From positions 475,024 to 539,023 of the forward strand of contig JBNZDD010013687.1 in assembly GCA_050575255.1 (NCBI GenBank): 64,000 nucleotides of DNA, given 5' to 3'. This stretch comes from Harriotta raleighana. Its lineage: Eukaryota. A model generated the notes under the pieces. It saw only the letters and a program-made list of their open reading frames with translations, made no database searches and was not told where the DNA came from. Position 1 is the stretch's first letter; the number at the start of each line of letters is the position of its first letter. The position numbers and the translations under genes are program-made. Positions 35,833 through 50,695 of this stretch are shown here, piece after piece.

Positions 35833-37234
35833 AATAGGAAGCTGACTAATATGATTTTGTATCAGAACATATGTTAACAAATTTTTAGAATGTGTTTTCC
35901 CAACCCAGATTAAATATTTTTATTATCTTTCTATTCTCCCACATGGAACAACCAAGGGCAGTTCAGTTCTGGGTTCCCAGACTTTCCCTCAGCTGTTATC
36001 TGCTTAACCCAAACACACTTGAATGGAAAATATGCAAAGCTGACTACTGGGTTGTTTAGCTCAAGTTTTTCCTTCCAAGTGACAGGAGAATTCTTAATAG
36101 CTTGTAGCTAAAATTCCAAGCCAGTTAAACTTGGCTGTGGGCTATGAATTGACCCATCTTACAAAGTTAACAGCAAAATGCCAGAATTTATTCTGAAAAC
36201 ATATTTCCCATTAATGTTAGAAAAGATATATTCTAAATGGTGACATGGTGATGAAGATTTTAAACGTTTTGCTGTGACAAAGGAACTAATTCTCACATTG
36301 ACGATTCTCATCTTGTAAGGATTTTAACAAAGTTTAATCAGCTTCAAAACTTAATGCTTTCTGAGAGGAAAATATCCTTAAAGTAGGTTAACGTCCAATT
36401 TGTTTATTTAAAAATGCATCTCCATACAGAAATGAGTCACTGCTTCATTTTGATTACTTGTGAACTGCCTGGGTTAAGATTATCTTCATTTATCATACAC
36501 TTTTGGACTCTTACAGTCAAGCAGATTTTACAATATGATTCAGGACATTCAGTTTTCCCAAGGGTAATTATTATTGACATTGGCTCACAAAATGCTCATG
36601 TATCCTGGGTGACTGTGATTGAGGGAATATTGTGTGTGAATGGTATGCTTGACTGTATTAGAGAGGCAGTTATTTTGTAAGCATTAAAGTTCCCTGTATA
36701 ATGAGTTCTCCTGTGTCCTGTGCTGTTCAGAAAATTTGGACTGCTCTTTAGGTAGAATACCACAGATGTCGATAAACAAGAGTACTTACGTAGAACTAAT
36801 GAAAGTCACTTGAGCTTTAGTGGAAGTACCAATGGAAGTAAGTCCAAAAGCACTTTTGGAGAAATATGTCAAACTATCTCTGATGGCTACAACTGTTCAA
36901 GAAATAAATCATTAGCTAGTATATACAGAAACAAGCAGAGCTGACAGCCTCTCATGAGCATGAGAGGGAACGCCCAATATACTGCCTCTAATTTCTATGG
37001 GGTCACAAGCTTCATTGTACTTTATACAATCATAAGTAAGTATTATATCCCTGGTTTATGATACCACCTAAACTATACAATTATATTATTTAACATATAT
37101 ATTCCTTTTATGTTTGATTTCCCTTCCTGTTTAAATATTCTCTGCTACAGAAATGGGGTGATAATATCTGACGCTTGATTCTTAGATCTTGATTTAGGTG
37201 ATGGACTATTGTGTTTTTAGATTGATACCATCAT

Positions 37235-37802
37235 CAACAACAACAGCAAAATTACATTTGTAGAGCACCTTTCATGTCGGGAGGATGTCCCAAGATGTTG
37301 AATAGTCAGGGGTCAGGACCCAAGCATGGTGGGGAGTGGGGGCAGAGTTGGGATGAGGTCGTGAAGAGATGTAGGGGGGTGGCTGAGGGCACGGTCAAAA
37401 AGGAAGATCTTGAGTCGGGCCTTGAAGGAGGCAAGGGAGGGAGGAAGGTGAAGGGATTTGGGATGAAGTTCCAAGGAGTGGGGCCAGAGAGGTTGAAAGT
37501 CTGACCAATAGTAGGGCGAGTTGGGCGGGAGACATGGAGCAGGTTGGAGTCTGCTGAGTGGAGGGAGCGGACAGGTTGATAGAGGGTCAGCAGGTCAGAG
37601 AGGTAGGGAGGGGCAAAGCCGTGGAGGGCCTTGAAAGTGAGGAGGATCTTGAATGCTTTCCTCTGAGGGATGGGGAGCCAATGGAGTTGGGCGAGGGTGG
37701 GGGTGATCGAGTAACGGAGCCTGGTTTTGGGAGGCTACGAACTGTAGAGTTCTGGATCATTTGTAGCTTGTGGAGGGAAGAGTTGGGTAGGCTGACAAGG
37801 AG
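37235..37802 (-). mobile_element. L2-type LINE 3' fragment (ORF2 C-terminus and tail)
   Basis: LLVSLPNSSLHKLQMIQNS peptide, typical of the L2 post-RT region; tail shared with 35330-35397. Confidence 0.8.
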
Positions 37803-38169
37803 GGAGGGAGTTTCTGAGGTCAGGTGTTCCAAGGTGACAGATTAGTTGTTCCAGGCTCTAAAATCAGGCTCTTGTCACAGGGCGTTCCTATATAACCACA
37901 ATCAATGTGGAAATTGTGTAACCCAAAAAAGAAAGTGCATTGTTTTACAGTAAAATATTCCTCCTGCTGCAGGAGAAGACTACAGACAGGACACAGCAAC
38001 TTTAAACTAAGACATTTATCTCTGTTGTTTACATTCTTGCATTGTTGCACTCTGAATATCAGATTTTGTTTTCAAGTGTGCAAACATTGCAAAGACTGTC
38101 TGTTGTGCATCCGAGGTTTTGCTCTTTATATTTATTTTATGAATGTATTTAACAATGTTTATATCCCAA

Positions 38170-38360
38170 ACCTCTGAAGCTCGCACTACCCCTCCATACC
38201 ACTCTTCCCTTTTTGTCTTCAAGTCCAGCTTCAAAATCTTCCTCTTCGAATATGCCTCTGGACAACTCCTTCCTCTCTCCCTTTTTCTGCATCCTACTCC
38301 ATTGATGTAAACTGTTCCAAGACCCTACGTGAAGGGTGCTATATAAATGCGAATTGCTTT
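38170..38360 (+). mobile_element. L2-type LINE 3' fragment
   Basis: TTCAAGTCCAGCTTCAAAATCTTCCTCTTCGA...CGTGAAGGGTGCTATATAAATG. Confidence 0.6.
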
Positions 38361-39211
38361 TATTCTATTTGCTCTTGATGTTGTCTTTTTAAGTGATTTG
38401 AATGAATATTACTGTTTAGGAAGGGAAAAGAACCATAATCATACGTCAATTATGGACCTTGTTTTCCCATTGGAGCTGGATGTACAGTTGTGCGTTATGT
38501 GGCTGGGTAGTGTGTTTGCTAAGATGCTTCACATCTTCAAATGATAACTTACTTAACAGTGATCATTTGAAGATGTGAGGCATGTTTTGCAATCTGAAAT
38601 CTATTGGCAAATCTCATAATAGTTTGAAATTCCTTGATAGGAAGTTCAGATCAGTTACACAATAGGTCACTAATTGAACTGCATTGCTATAGGTAAGACT
38701 TGTGGAAAAATAATTATTGTGCACATTGCACACTAATCAACAATGTATTTCATTCAGCAAAGCATTACTTAGTGCCAAATTATTATGAGTTACACTTAAC
38801 AAATAACCTGGAAGAGAAGTGTAATCCAATCCTTATTGGTGTTGGAGTAATTGTACTTTGTTTCTCATCTCTCATGATTTTTCCATTCCTTGTTCTCATC
38901 TCTTTCAACATGAAGAGAAGACATTGACGTTGAAGTTTGTATTGAAAGACGGAAAGCCAAGAATTAACATTTATTGAGGTCAATTGAGTTTTGTGTACTT
39001 TTGTGATTTTGGATAATCACAAGAAATCTTTGGCTCATTTGAAAGCATTCCTCCAGAATACCACCCACTATCTTTGAAATACAGCAGTAAGCTGTTTGTC
39101 AAGAGAGTTCTTGCCTCAACCCAACTGGTTATTAATTTGAGTGAAAAAATACTTCCAGGTGTCTGTCTTAAACTTGCCAGTCACTAACCTGAACCTGCGT
39201 CCTCTTTTCTG

Positions 39212-39322
39212 TTTCGCTCACAAAATATAGTCGATTCAGTTTACAATATATGCTATGAAGCATTTTGAGACATGTAGAAGATGTGATAAGGCGCTATGTC
39301 AAATACAAATAATATTATTATT
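39212..39322 (+). mobile_element. SINE 3' fragment
   Basis: TTCGCTCACAAAATATAGTCGATTCA...GGCGCTATGTCAAAT..(ATT)n. Confidence 0.7.
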
Positions 39323-42300
39323 ACAGTGTGTTCCAACTGAAAAAGAATTCATGATATCATGCACACAGAAGATAATTTGACTTGGTCCTGATTTTGATCA
39401 TGGGACTAGTGACATTTGGTACTTTGTCCTTCAATTTTAAGTCTGGTTGTTCTTTGAGTTTGAAAGCTTAAAAACAAATCAGTGAATGGTTAGCGTCTGA
39501 TTATTTCCTGATTCTTTAGTGCTTTAGTGCTTCAGTGCTCTGTTGACATTCTTCTCTTGAGCACACTCTCTGTTCATTTACTTATTTATCAAGTTGATGG
39601 AAATTGGGGTTCATTGGTGAGTTTTTGATTTTAAAAAGTCACTCCTTATCTGGTTCATATTGATCTTCTTCAAACTTGAATATGACAACGTTGTTTTAAA
39701 GGAGATCCAGCTCAGAATAGAATAGGCAATTTCCCCCCCACCCCTTTTTCCATATTAAAAAAAAATCAAAAGCTTTCTGTCCCATTGATTTACTTTCAAT
39801 ATTGATAGAACAGCTTGGAGACTGAAGGATTCCATAAAGCTTTGGTAAACAATGTGACAGATAAAAGCAACTAGGGGAAAGAATGCTGAAATGCCTTCAT
39901 TTGGGGTAACAAATGACCAGCAAACCACTTTGCCAAAGTTTCGGGAAATGATTCAAAAGTTCTGACTTGATGGAAGATCTTATTCCACCTATTGTTCGTT
40001 CGGCAGCTGATTAATCTGGGGTTTGTTTGTTTGTTTAAACCTAGAGTAGCATCAGCTACAAGTCCATCATAAAGGACGATGGGGTTCTGTTTAGATTTTA
40101 GGACAGTATTTGTAACTGCATTTGACTTTACTGCCATCATTTCTGTATACATCTTTCTTTGCCATGTAGTGTTTTGAAGCAACATGAATCTGGGCTTGGT
40201 TTCCCTAAAAAACAATCTATCTTTATTACATTTATAAAGTTTATTTACAATTTTCATTTCTGAATATTTTTACATGCCTAATGCCATATAAAATTCACTT
40301 AATTGCATCATAAAAGTGCTTTTATTATTTTTGCTGTTATAATCTGAACGTACTTGAAGCAAATGAGACAAATATTTTCCCGTAATTGTCAGGATTATTT
40401 TATTTAATAGTGCAAATTCTGCACACAACTATTGCACACATATTAATCTTTAGATATGTTCTATAAATATTATTGCAAACAAATTTGGCGGAACTTTTAC
40501 TATAGCGTTAACCCTATTTCACTGGTAATTAATCTCAAACTTCATTCTTGCCTTCTTGAAATATGTGCTAATATTTCTCAATTATGTTTCTTTCTGTATT
40601 TTAAATTCTGAAAGTAAAAAGAATTGTAACTGTTTCCCTGCTAAATCCTATAGAGTCATTGACAGTAGAACTGATTATTCAGGAGAGTTTGGCAATCACA
40701 TTTCATTTGTATTGTCTATCGTGGAACACAGAGATATAAATCTAGTGTTTATCACAGACAATAATATGTACTCGTTCGTTTTGACCAACAATATCTTTGC
40801 TCTGTTGATTGTGTGTTTGGAAAGCTGTGACCAGTGCTGGGTTTATTCTGGTGAAGAGCATTTGAATATTTTTTATATTATGCCCCAAAAAGTTTACTAA
40901 GTTGAGAACTAGAACTGGGACCAGGAAGTTTAAATCTTTATGGCTCCCCTCACACATCAATCTTTTGAGGTTGATGGAATTAGTAAGCCAGATGCAGGTC
41001 AACGTCAATTCAATGCTCTATTTAAGGTTTTATTAAGCTGTCAATATTGATATTTTTTAGTGAACTATTGTTTTCTTATGCTACTATTAGCATAGTTTTT
41101 GTTTCTTAGCAACATTGATTGGTGACTCTTCGACCTTTTTGTTTCCAATGTATAATTGAGGTTTGCATATTTAACACTGATTAACCTAGTGGGAAGAGTA
41201 TAATTCCTTTTTTGATTGCATGCTGATTAGCATGGATTTCCTTATGTTGTGTACAAATTATCTCTGCGTGTGTGTGTGTGTGCATGAAAGAGTAGAGAGC
41301 ATACAGAGAGAATGGTGGAACCATAGGTACAAGCCAGAAGCCAATGAAGGACAGATATGCATCTGTAATTCATTATCGGAATGTTTGTTATTTTCTACTT
41401 TTTGTAGCAAAATTCCACCTCCTTTTATCCACCAAGAAAAATGTCTAACAGTGTCATGGTGAACTGCTTGCATAGTGAGTGCACAGCCAGTAATGAAGAA
41501 CAATGACGATTCCTATCAGTGGTACACAATTTATAGAAAAATAATCCGCACATTCTGACATTAAAATGTCCATACATATGGAACAGCATTGTTCCCGTAA
41601 CCAACTACAAACTGAATTGCAGCAATCATTTGGTGATAACATCATCTTGACTTCAATCCTTCAGTGAGGATATCATAAAGATGCAAACTGAGACGATAGT
41701 TCTGGCTGCTGACATCTGCCAAGATAAAGCGAAAGGAAAATAAAGCACTAAAATATGACATCAGTTCCAGGAATTGCTGTGTTTGAATGTTATTTACTGC
41801 ATAATAAAAAATGCAAAGAAGGAAAATTGTGATATTTCGGAGTTCACTGATCCTTGAATCTTGCTGTTGTATTTGGGTCGTCTTCCTGACGTGGAAGCTG
41901 CTATACAAGTGTAATTTTGTTGTATTTTGTTGTTGTATTTGGTGATATCTTTAGTTGAGATTATTTTCTTCAGGTCATTCTAAATCACTATTAATTCATG
42001 TCATGCTAAGACAAATGAAGGGATAAAGCACCTTGTATATCTTTTCCATAAATAACAATAAAATATAATGGTTTAGTAGAACCAAGGACTCCCTTCTTGT
42101 ATTTTCCATTATGGAGGTATTCTTTTCAGGCCTGACTTTTGAAATGAATTTTAACCAAAGCTTGAGAATCAAAGGACACATTTAATATCTGCTATTCACT
42201 GAACTTCAGTTTTCAGACTAACAATCATAAGCACAGTCTTAGTGGTGTTGAATGTTGCTGTGGAATTCTTGTGGGAAAATGCTAATTCACCAAATGCATT

Positions 42301-43094
42301 ATTAAAGTCACTGGTAACCACATTACCCAGTACTTAGACACAGAAGAAAACTGCAGTGTGCAGGCACTTTGAGTTCAGGGGAAAATAACTTGAAATGTGG
42401 TTGACTGTGGGTTGTTCCATTTGCTTGTTCTCTTTCTAGACAAAGTGGGAGTTTGACGTAAAAGTTTGAATTAAATGCAAAATGTGAAAAGTCATGCTTG
42501 AATAGGTTTTTGTACATTGGGGTTTGAATATGTGGCTACTCTAAGGTCATTTAATTGAATGGTTCTGGTATCCTGACCAATGTTGGTTTCCTTCTACTCC
42601 GTGACATGCACAAAGCTGTTTGGTAAATTGTTTCCATGACACTAACAAAATGAACAATTCATTTCCAGTCTACATTCTGTTTACTTGTTTGACAAGCAAA
42701 ACGAATTCCTCAGCCAGCTGCATGTGATTGGATATTGGGAGCAACAAGCGAGCTGGAGTTACTGTATCTTAAGAAATAATTGTGCGTATGGCAGCTCTCC
42801 ATTGCTCTGAACGCAAGCACCTAGCTTGGAGATGGAATGCAAGAATATATTCCTCCCTCTCAGAATTGGTGTAGGAAAGACGAGATGTGTAATATTACTA
42901 ACCCCCCTCTTCAATTGGAAATTCTCCTTTGTGGTTGTGATAAAGAATCATAAATGTCTCAAATGTGAGTGCGGGTTCACACTTCAGTTAAACATAAGAC
43001 ACAACCAGATACCTCCCCACCACTGTTGCAACCTGACTCTCACGTAAATTGTTCTTCCAGAGGATTATTGTTTTTTAAAAAGAAATTTCAGTAT

Positions 43095-43200
43095 AGGCGA
43101 GTCAATTTGAAAACATCCTGTGGAGTATATTCTGTGAAGTGCTTTGAGACATCTAGAAGATGTGATAATCGCTATATCAAATGCAAGGATTATTAGTATT
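43095..43200 (+). mobile_element. SINE 3' fragment
   Basis: TATTCTGTGAAGTGCTTTGAGACATCTAGAAGATGTGA...TCAAATGCAAGGATTATTA. Confidence 0.7.
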
Positions 43201-44809
43201 ACAGTATGAGAGCTTTCATTGGAAGACGTGGGCAAAATAACTAACAAATTTGTACTGCACATTAAATTGCTTGAGGACCATCTTTTGGAAAACATCTACT
43301 GTATATTGTTTTATTGATTTCAGGTGCCCTCATGTGTACAGATGCTGTTTATGGCACAGCTTAGTTGAATTGATGTGTATTATGGCTACGGGCTATTTTC
43401 ATTATAACTACTGTGATTTCCTAGTTTGTATTTAACTACTAACACATTTGAAGCTGCCTATTTTTTTTTTTTTAGCACAACTCCGGACCATACTTAATAT
43501 ATAAAAAAAATGTTCCAGTTGATAATAAGCACATCATTGCCATATCCTCCTTGGCCCTGAACTGGCTCCAAGGTGACGTGTTGGCAACAGAATGTTGGAA
43601 TTGTGACAACCCTCTGTGGTGGTCGAGCTAGTCCAAATCAGGTGGGTCCAAAACAATTCAAGACACTGCTGAGAAATGCCATCCCAGCCTGGCAAATTGG
43701 CAGGAATTGTAGGCTCATTGTTCAAGTCATAAAGATGGAAAATACATCATCCAAGATTTTTGTGACATTAACCGAGTGTTTATATTATATTTCAAAGGGA
43801 TACCTAGGTCTAAATCATTGACGTAAAATTGCTGTATCGCAGTCTTGCCGGGGCACACTTTTGTTTTGCTGCTTTCATTCTCCAGTAATTACATATCTGC
43901 TGCGTTAAATGGAAGAATCTATTTTGGTTCCATACGTTTTCCACCGTAATTACAGGAGTGACGTCAGCAGGACAGGTACCAGACTCTTGTGCCATTGCTT
44001 GGGACTCAGAGTTAATGATGAGCTACTGACAAACAAAGCGACAGACACTCAGGAAAAGTTCATAAACATTTAAAGTTTACTTTCTTTTTTATGAGGACCG
44101 CAGCTCATTTTCTACCGAGTTCTGCCTGAAAATAGATGCCTTTGTTGGTTTAATGCAGTGGTTAGCGTTCTGCAGCATTGCCATGGTGAATCAGCTGAGT
44201 GGGGTAAAGACTGTGCTTGCATGGGCTGTATTTCTTTCCTGAAACAATCGCGGTAACCTAGCATCGGGCAGAAGAGTTTCAATAATCCGACTGTATGATT
44301 TCGATAATACTGCTTTTTTGCAATCGCCTCATAAAATTGTCACAATATGCAGAAAATATGCGTTTGGACTCTTGACTGAATATTAGCTCGTGAAACATGT
44401 TCCCTGATCATTTAACCATTATTTAGTTCCTAAAGGCAGATTGTTAGGATTTTCAGGACTCCAGTGTCTTTCTATAACATTTTCTATGGGAGAAGCATGT
44501 TGAAAAGAGAGGATGCTTTCATATTTTTTATATATCAGCAAGGAAAACCTAACTGGTGTACATCATACAAATGGCTTTGGGTACATCAGAGAGTGTAAAT
44601 ATGATGTCTGGCTATAACTGAATTTGTTCAACTACTCAGCATTCTTATGTCCTCAGCACCTTGAGAGTGTTTTCCTGGTTTTAAGAGCAATACTTTTAAC
44701 ACTAGTGTTAAATGACGCACAGTACTTCTTAGCATGTTAATGTTAAGTTTTCATCCTGTGGAGAAATATTTTCAGTACTACATGGTGTTGGAGTGGGAAT
44801 TAAGCATAT

Positions 44810-45400
44810 TGGATGGGTAGGGAGGTGTGAGGGCATGAAGGGACTTGAAAACAAGTGAGAGGATGTTAAAATTGATCCATTTGGTCATTGGAAGCTAGTG
44901 GGGCCTGGCAAGCTAGTGTAATGGGATACACAGTTTTGTGCGGATGCGTATCCGGGAGTTTTCATTAAGTTGAATCTTGTACTGTATATGGTAGAGCTCG
45001 GGAGACCAGTGAGGAGGGCATTGAAATAGTCCAGCCGGGAAGTGACTAACAACAAAATTACACTTGTAGAGCAGCTTTCAAATCAGGAGGATGTCCCAAG
45101 GTGCTGAACAGTCAGCGTTCAGGACCCTGAGCATGGTGAGGCAGGGGTGGGGGGCAGGGAAGAGGTAAGGCAGAGAGGTAGAGGGGGCTGAAAGCACGGT
45201 CGAAAAGGATGGTCTCGTGTCAGGTCTTGATGGAGGCAAGGAAGCGAACAAGGGGAAGGGATTGTAGGATGGAGTTCCAAAGAGTGCTGAAAGCCCAGCC
45301 ACCGATGGTCAGGCAGGAGACATGGAGCAGGCTGGGGGATGGGGGGAGCGGACAGATTGATAGGGGGTCAGCAGGCCATAGTGGGGAAGGGGGGTTTTGG
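44810..45400 (-). mobile_element. Two adjacent L2-type LINE fragments (44810-45047 and 45048-45400)
   Basis: Similar to 37235-37800; LDYFNALLTGLP-like coding remnant at ~45000-45035 (-); tail at 45048-45110. Confidence 0.7.
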
Positions 45401-48400
45401 CTGCTTTGGTTGTAAGGTACGGACGGTGGAGGTAAACGAATATTCTTGAATATGATGATGCAGCTTTGGGAAATGTGAAACTGTGTTTAGGTTCTGTTCT
45501 TTGAAGTACATTGGTTATGCAGGCTATACAGTGATGTTTATATGCTTTATGTCTGCATTACATACCATTGATGTGCAACACAACACAGTTTTAAATGAGA
45601 TTATTATTAAACTACTTGGGTCAGTGTATGTATACTACATCCATTTAACAATGGACAGATGGAAATCAAATCAACCTCATTTTTCTTACAAGGTTCACAA
45701 TTTCTTCCACAACGATCGTTCGAACTGGAATAAATGCTACCAACATCTGGATTTCGGAGAAACTTTGCATGCAATGTAGATAGTACTTAAATTGAATTTA
45801 GTCTAAAGTGCATTGAAGCGTTGTTTGAGAATGTTGAAGTTTACAGATGGGGAACTCAGATTGCATTTAGTAATCAGGATCATTTTCTTTCTGTTTAAAT
45901 ACAAAAGCAAATTCTAGTGTTTTGTTCCTTGCCTGTAGTGCATATAGAATTGATTTTTTTTGTCTGTTGCCATGAATATTCAGAGATAACAAATCAGATT
46001 TTTCTTTTTCAGATCAGATCAGACCAGACTGGGAGGAGCTGCAGGATGTTGTAAATGTGCAGTAAATTGCACCGTATATTAAATTGAGTGTAATATCTGG
46101 AGGCTATGTATTCCATGTACATTGACTTAATTCTGTAGAACGCCACATGGAGAGTTAAGTATAGTATGCTAATCCATTACAATGAGATGCTTTTGAAAGA
46201 GCAAAGTCTGGAAAACTTAATTGCGGTTTGATACACATCTGGAGAATACTAAATATTGAATCAATACTTAGCAACAGCTACACCTTGCTGGGTACATGTG
46301 CTCTACTATCTGCACTCCCAACCCACATAACAGAACGAATTCAGTAAAGTACATTGAATGCTGCAGGGTTTGGCTTCAGACATGGTGTGGGGTTAATGTT
46401 TCATACACTGCATCTCAGAACCATGCTGGGCATTTGAAATTTGGAATTAGCAGCGTCAGTCACAATTGCTGCATCACTAGACTACGAACAAGACAAAGAG
46501 GCAAGAACATTGCAGAGGGATAACACCAGCTGAGTCTTGGAGACTTTCAGCAGTTTTGACATTGATACTGGAGAGGCTCCAGAATGGACATTTCGGCACA
46601 AACAGTAAATTAAGTGATTGAGTGGCTTGAGAAAACCGTGCAAACGAAGGAGGGGAGAAATAATTGCTTTGTTTAAATCTTGCTATGGAAATGACAGCAA
46701 AAATGAAGACAAAAATGCAATTTTGGCAGAAAAGCAAAATATAAACAGATCTCTTGGAAAAGGATCCCAGCAGAAGTTTAAGATGGGGGAGTTCATCAGA
46801 GTTCAGCAGTTCTAAATTTACATAATTGCAGAATTTTTGACTGAGCTCAAAGGGTTTGAACATTAATAATTTGAACAATTCCAATTTACGTTAGCAGGAT
46901 CTCATTTTAGCCAAGGGTTTGATGTGTAGTCCTAATCTGAAGGGAAATATTGTGTAATAGATTTGTTCAGTTTTTGATGTTATCTCACTTTATTGGCTTT
47001 CTTTATTCTGCTGCTGGCATTTCTCGTCGTTCCATGTTTCACAAGGTACACTTTTTTTGTCTTTTGTCTAAACCACAACATTTGTGTGGCTAGTGAAAAA
47101 TCAATGTGCGATTGCAAAGCTAGAGCATCAAGACATTATGCCAAATTCCCAGTGGTATGACACCCAGCAGCCATACTACAATATGATTATTGGAGAGTCC
47201 ATAAATTCTAACTAGTGCTATAATCCTCCCAACGTCAAAGGCACTTTAAAAATATAATTTTATATTGTATTATGGGGCATTTTTCTTAGTGCGATTCTTC
47301 CCTTTCCCATGGTAAGTAGGAACTAGATTAGGTCATTAAGCCTTATTGACCCAGCTCCACCATTATATTAGATCATGGAGACCTTTTCATCTCATTCCCT
47401 GCCTTTCTCTTTATTCTTTTTTTAATTGCTTCCCAAAATAGATGTAACGGTCAGTTACTTATGACTCTATTTCATTGCTGATACTCTCTTTAAGTTATAG
47501 TGAAGAATGGTGAATTAACTTAATGTTTGAAGCAAGCAACTAGCAAGGGAGCATGAGACAGAATGGAGTACTGTTCTTTATGTTACTTCATTATTGTACT
47601 CTGCTGTGACTAAGCTGAGCAAAGGCAACAAAAGCACAACAATTATGGGTTAAATGTATATGTATTTGGCTTGTTAAAGGCAAGGCTAATAGTTTAGGTA
47701 TGAGGTTACATATATTGTGCATACATACTGTGGGAAGAAAATCCCAGATGGACTGTCAGAAAATGTTTTAATTTATCAAATATTCCTTCTGGCTCTGTTT
47801 AACTGTAATTTGGGCTCGTGGGAATACTGTAACAGCAAAGCACATCTACATAAATTTATTTTACTGTACTTTCTTCAAGTAAGTTGTGATGGTTGTTCCA
47901 TTCAGCATCCAGTTGACAAACTGCATCTAAATAAACAAATGCTTGATAAAGGCTGCCCTTGAAGTTGGTAAATAAATTATTTTCTTGTGAAGTCTGCATG
48001 GTAGAAGAAAGCTCATAATAGTTTTTTTATATATATATATATATATATATAAAAAGCACTTGAAGGGAATGAGTGTAGTTTGGAAAATATATATTGGACT
48101 CTTGATTGGCCAGCATCCAAATCCCAAAACACCAGGATATTGAGTTCATCTGGTGTAAACTGAATTTTACTTGAATGAAGGGTGAATCCATATGCGATTT
48201 ATAGGTGGCTCGAGTGGAAGTGCTTTCTAAATCCAAGCAAAATTGGTCTGAAGTTTAACTCCGCAACTACATGCTCAGTGTTAGTGTCTAAATTTAACAC
48301 CAGAACACCAGCTTCATTTTGTGTGACAAGTACATCAATTAGAAATATTTTGACTCGTTATTACAAGTTCTGATTTCCCATTTCTGATAGCTCCATAATT

Positions 48401-48484
48401 TTACGTGAAATTGATGTGAATTTATTGTTGCTTTCTGGCACTGAGCTTCCATGAAAACAGCGGCTGGAGGCACAGCGGAACCCT

Positions 48485-49235
48485 TCAACGAATCTTATGG
48501 CACAAAAAGAGGCCATTCAGCCCATCGAGCCTGTTCCGGCTTTAAAAAGAGCGATTTAATCCCACCCCTCAGCTCTCTCCCCATAACCGCGCAGACCCGT
48601 CCTCCCCCAAATAAATATCTACCTCTCTTTTAAAAGTTGTTATCGAATTGGCCTCCACCACCTTTTCAGGGAATGCATTCCAGATTCGAACAACTTGCTG
48701 AATGAAAAAAATTCTCCTCACCTCCCCTCTGCTTCTGTTTGAAACTATTTTAAATAGGTGACCACGAGTCACTGATACACCCACCAGTGGAAACAGTTTT
48801 TCCTCGTTTACTCTGTCGAATCCCCTCATGAGCTTAAAAAAAAACTCTATTAGGTCTCCTCGTAACCTTCTCTGTTCGATTGAGAATAAACCCAGCCTCA
48901 CTAGCCTTTCCTCATAGCTGAAATCCCTCGTTGCTGGTACNTCTCTGTTCGATTGAGAATAAACCCAGCCTCACTAGCCTTTCCTCATAGCTGAAATCCC
49001 TCATTGCTGGTACCATCCTGGTGAATCTCCTCTGCACCCTTTCCATTGCCTTAACATCCTTCTTAAAGTGTGGTGACCAGATTTGAACACAGTCTTCTAT
49101 ATTGTACCCTAATACTAATAATACTTGCTTTTGGTATAGCACCTTTTATGNCCATCCTGGTGAATCTCCTCTGCACCCTTTCCATTGCCTTAACATCCTT
49201 CCTAGTGTGGTGACCAGATTTGAACACAGTCTTCT
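48485..49235 (-). mobile_element. CR1 LINE ORF2 3' region with N-joined internal duplications
   Basis: CVQIWSPHFKKDVKAMERVQRRFTRMVP...LGLFSIEQRRLRGDLIE...TRGHLFKI...FFIQQVVRIWN is the canonical CR1 ORF2 C-terminus. Confidence 0.9.
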
Positions 49236-49251
49236 ATATTGCACCCTAATA

Positions 49252-49385
49252 CTAATAATACTTGCTTTTGGTATAGCACCTTTTATATCAGCACAAAATG
49301 CTTCACAGAATACTCCAAAGTATATTGACCCTATATTTTGTAGGAGAATGTAGCAGCCAATTTATGCACAACAATGTCTCACAAA
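49252..49385 (-). mobile_element. Deu-type SINE 3' part
   Basis: GCAGCCAATTTATGCACAACAATGTCTCACAAA and tail, reverse of the SINE body. Confidence 0.65.
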
Positions 49386-49994
49386 TTACATTATTAATAA
49401 GCAAGCAGTAATGATCCCACTAATCACTGCTATGAGGCATTTATTTGAAAGTTCCTTTGGAGAAGTGACAAAGTTGGCTAAGACTAAATAATTTGGGGAG
49501 CTATTCTTTTGTACCAATATAGCATATTTATTGGAGTTTATCTTCAAATTACTGGATTATTGGGCTCAAACTAATGTAAAATAGTTTCTGCATTATTTAC
49601 ATTGAAAGGATTATTCTTAATTTTACAGATTACATTTTCTGTTCAGTTTGTTTCAAGGTTGCCAATCAACTGTCTTTTGAAGGCACAGCTGTTATTTCTC
49701 CAGGCAGTTGAAAGCTCCAAGATGACTTCCTATATGGTGTGAAAGGAGGCAAGTTGTATGGCACTCAGTAATGGAAAGACCTGCCCGAATCTGCTTCCTG
49801 GGATGAAGGATCACTGTTGTGACAGGGCACAATCCAAAGAGAGGAATGTATCTGAAGAGGGGGAGAGTGGGCATGGGGAAGGCAGAGAAGAGTGTGTAAC
49901 TGGGGGAGTGACAATAATGGAAAATGATAATTGTGTGTGTGTCCAGAATTAGAGGAATGGTGGGCGGAGGGGCGGTGGGGAGGGGGGGTGCAGA

Positions 49995-50275
49995 ACGATG
50001 ACGACAGCAAAATTACATTTTACAGCACCTTTCATGTCTGAAGGCACTGGACAATTGGAGGGTTTGTACCCAAACTGGGCATTGGAATTAGGTATGGAGG
50101 GTAGGGTGGGTATAGGAGCGTGGCTGAAAGTATGATCAGAGGAATGTCTTGAGATGGGTCTTGAACATGGCAAGGGAGGGGATTCCGGGATGGAGTGGTG
50201 TTAATAGGTCGCAGAAGTGGGGAGGAGCAAGGCCGTGGAGTGCTTTAAAAGTGAGGACAAGGATCGTAAACTTTT
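49995..50275 (-). mobile_element. L2-type LINE 3' fragment
   Basis: AAAATTACATTTTACAGCACCTTTCATGTC tail; GGCCGTGGAG...AAAGTGAGGA shared with the ~37615 region. Confidence 0.6.
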
Positions 50276-50695
50276 AAATGAGTGTTAACAATGAGCACAG
50301 GGAGTGAAGAATGTGGGAGGTGTTTCGAGAGAAATGAGGAGAACTAGGGCAGCCATTGTGAAATGACCTTGATTCTACCTCCTTTAAGTACGAGTTGTTA
50401 TTCATTGCAGATTGTGGCAATTCAACACCATACCTGCTACAGGATTTTAGTTTCCTTGTGTTTTTAATTATGTGGTGGTATGAAGGCAACCAACTTATGC
50501 AGTGCCTTGCGCTGGTCTGTCAGTTCCAGTTAGGAGCGCAAATAAGAACCTCAGGCTCCGTATCACTTGCGGCCTATCTGGTTGGAACAAGACTGACATT
50601 TTGATTACCTCTGGCAAGAAAAGTAATTTTATATGATGAAGTTCACATCTGCTTAGCAGTTTGCAAATGAAATACAGAATGTGTGATATAGATGT

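Noticed and set aside
48868-49285. Internal duplications in the CR1 element
   Set aside because: They join at n (48941, 49151), so they are assembly artefacts.
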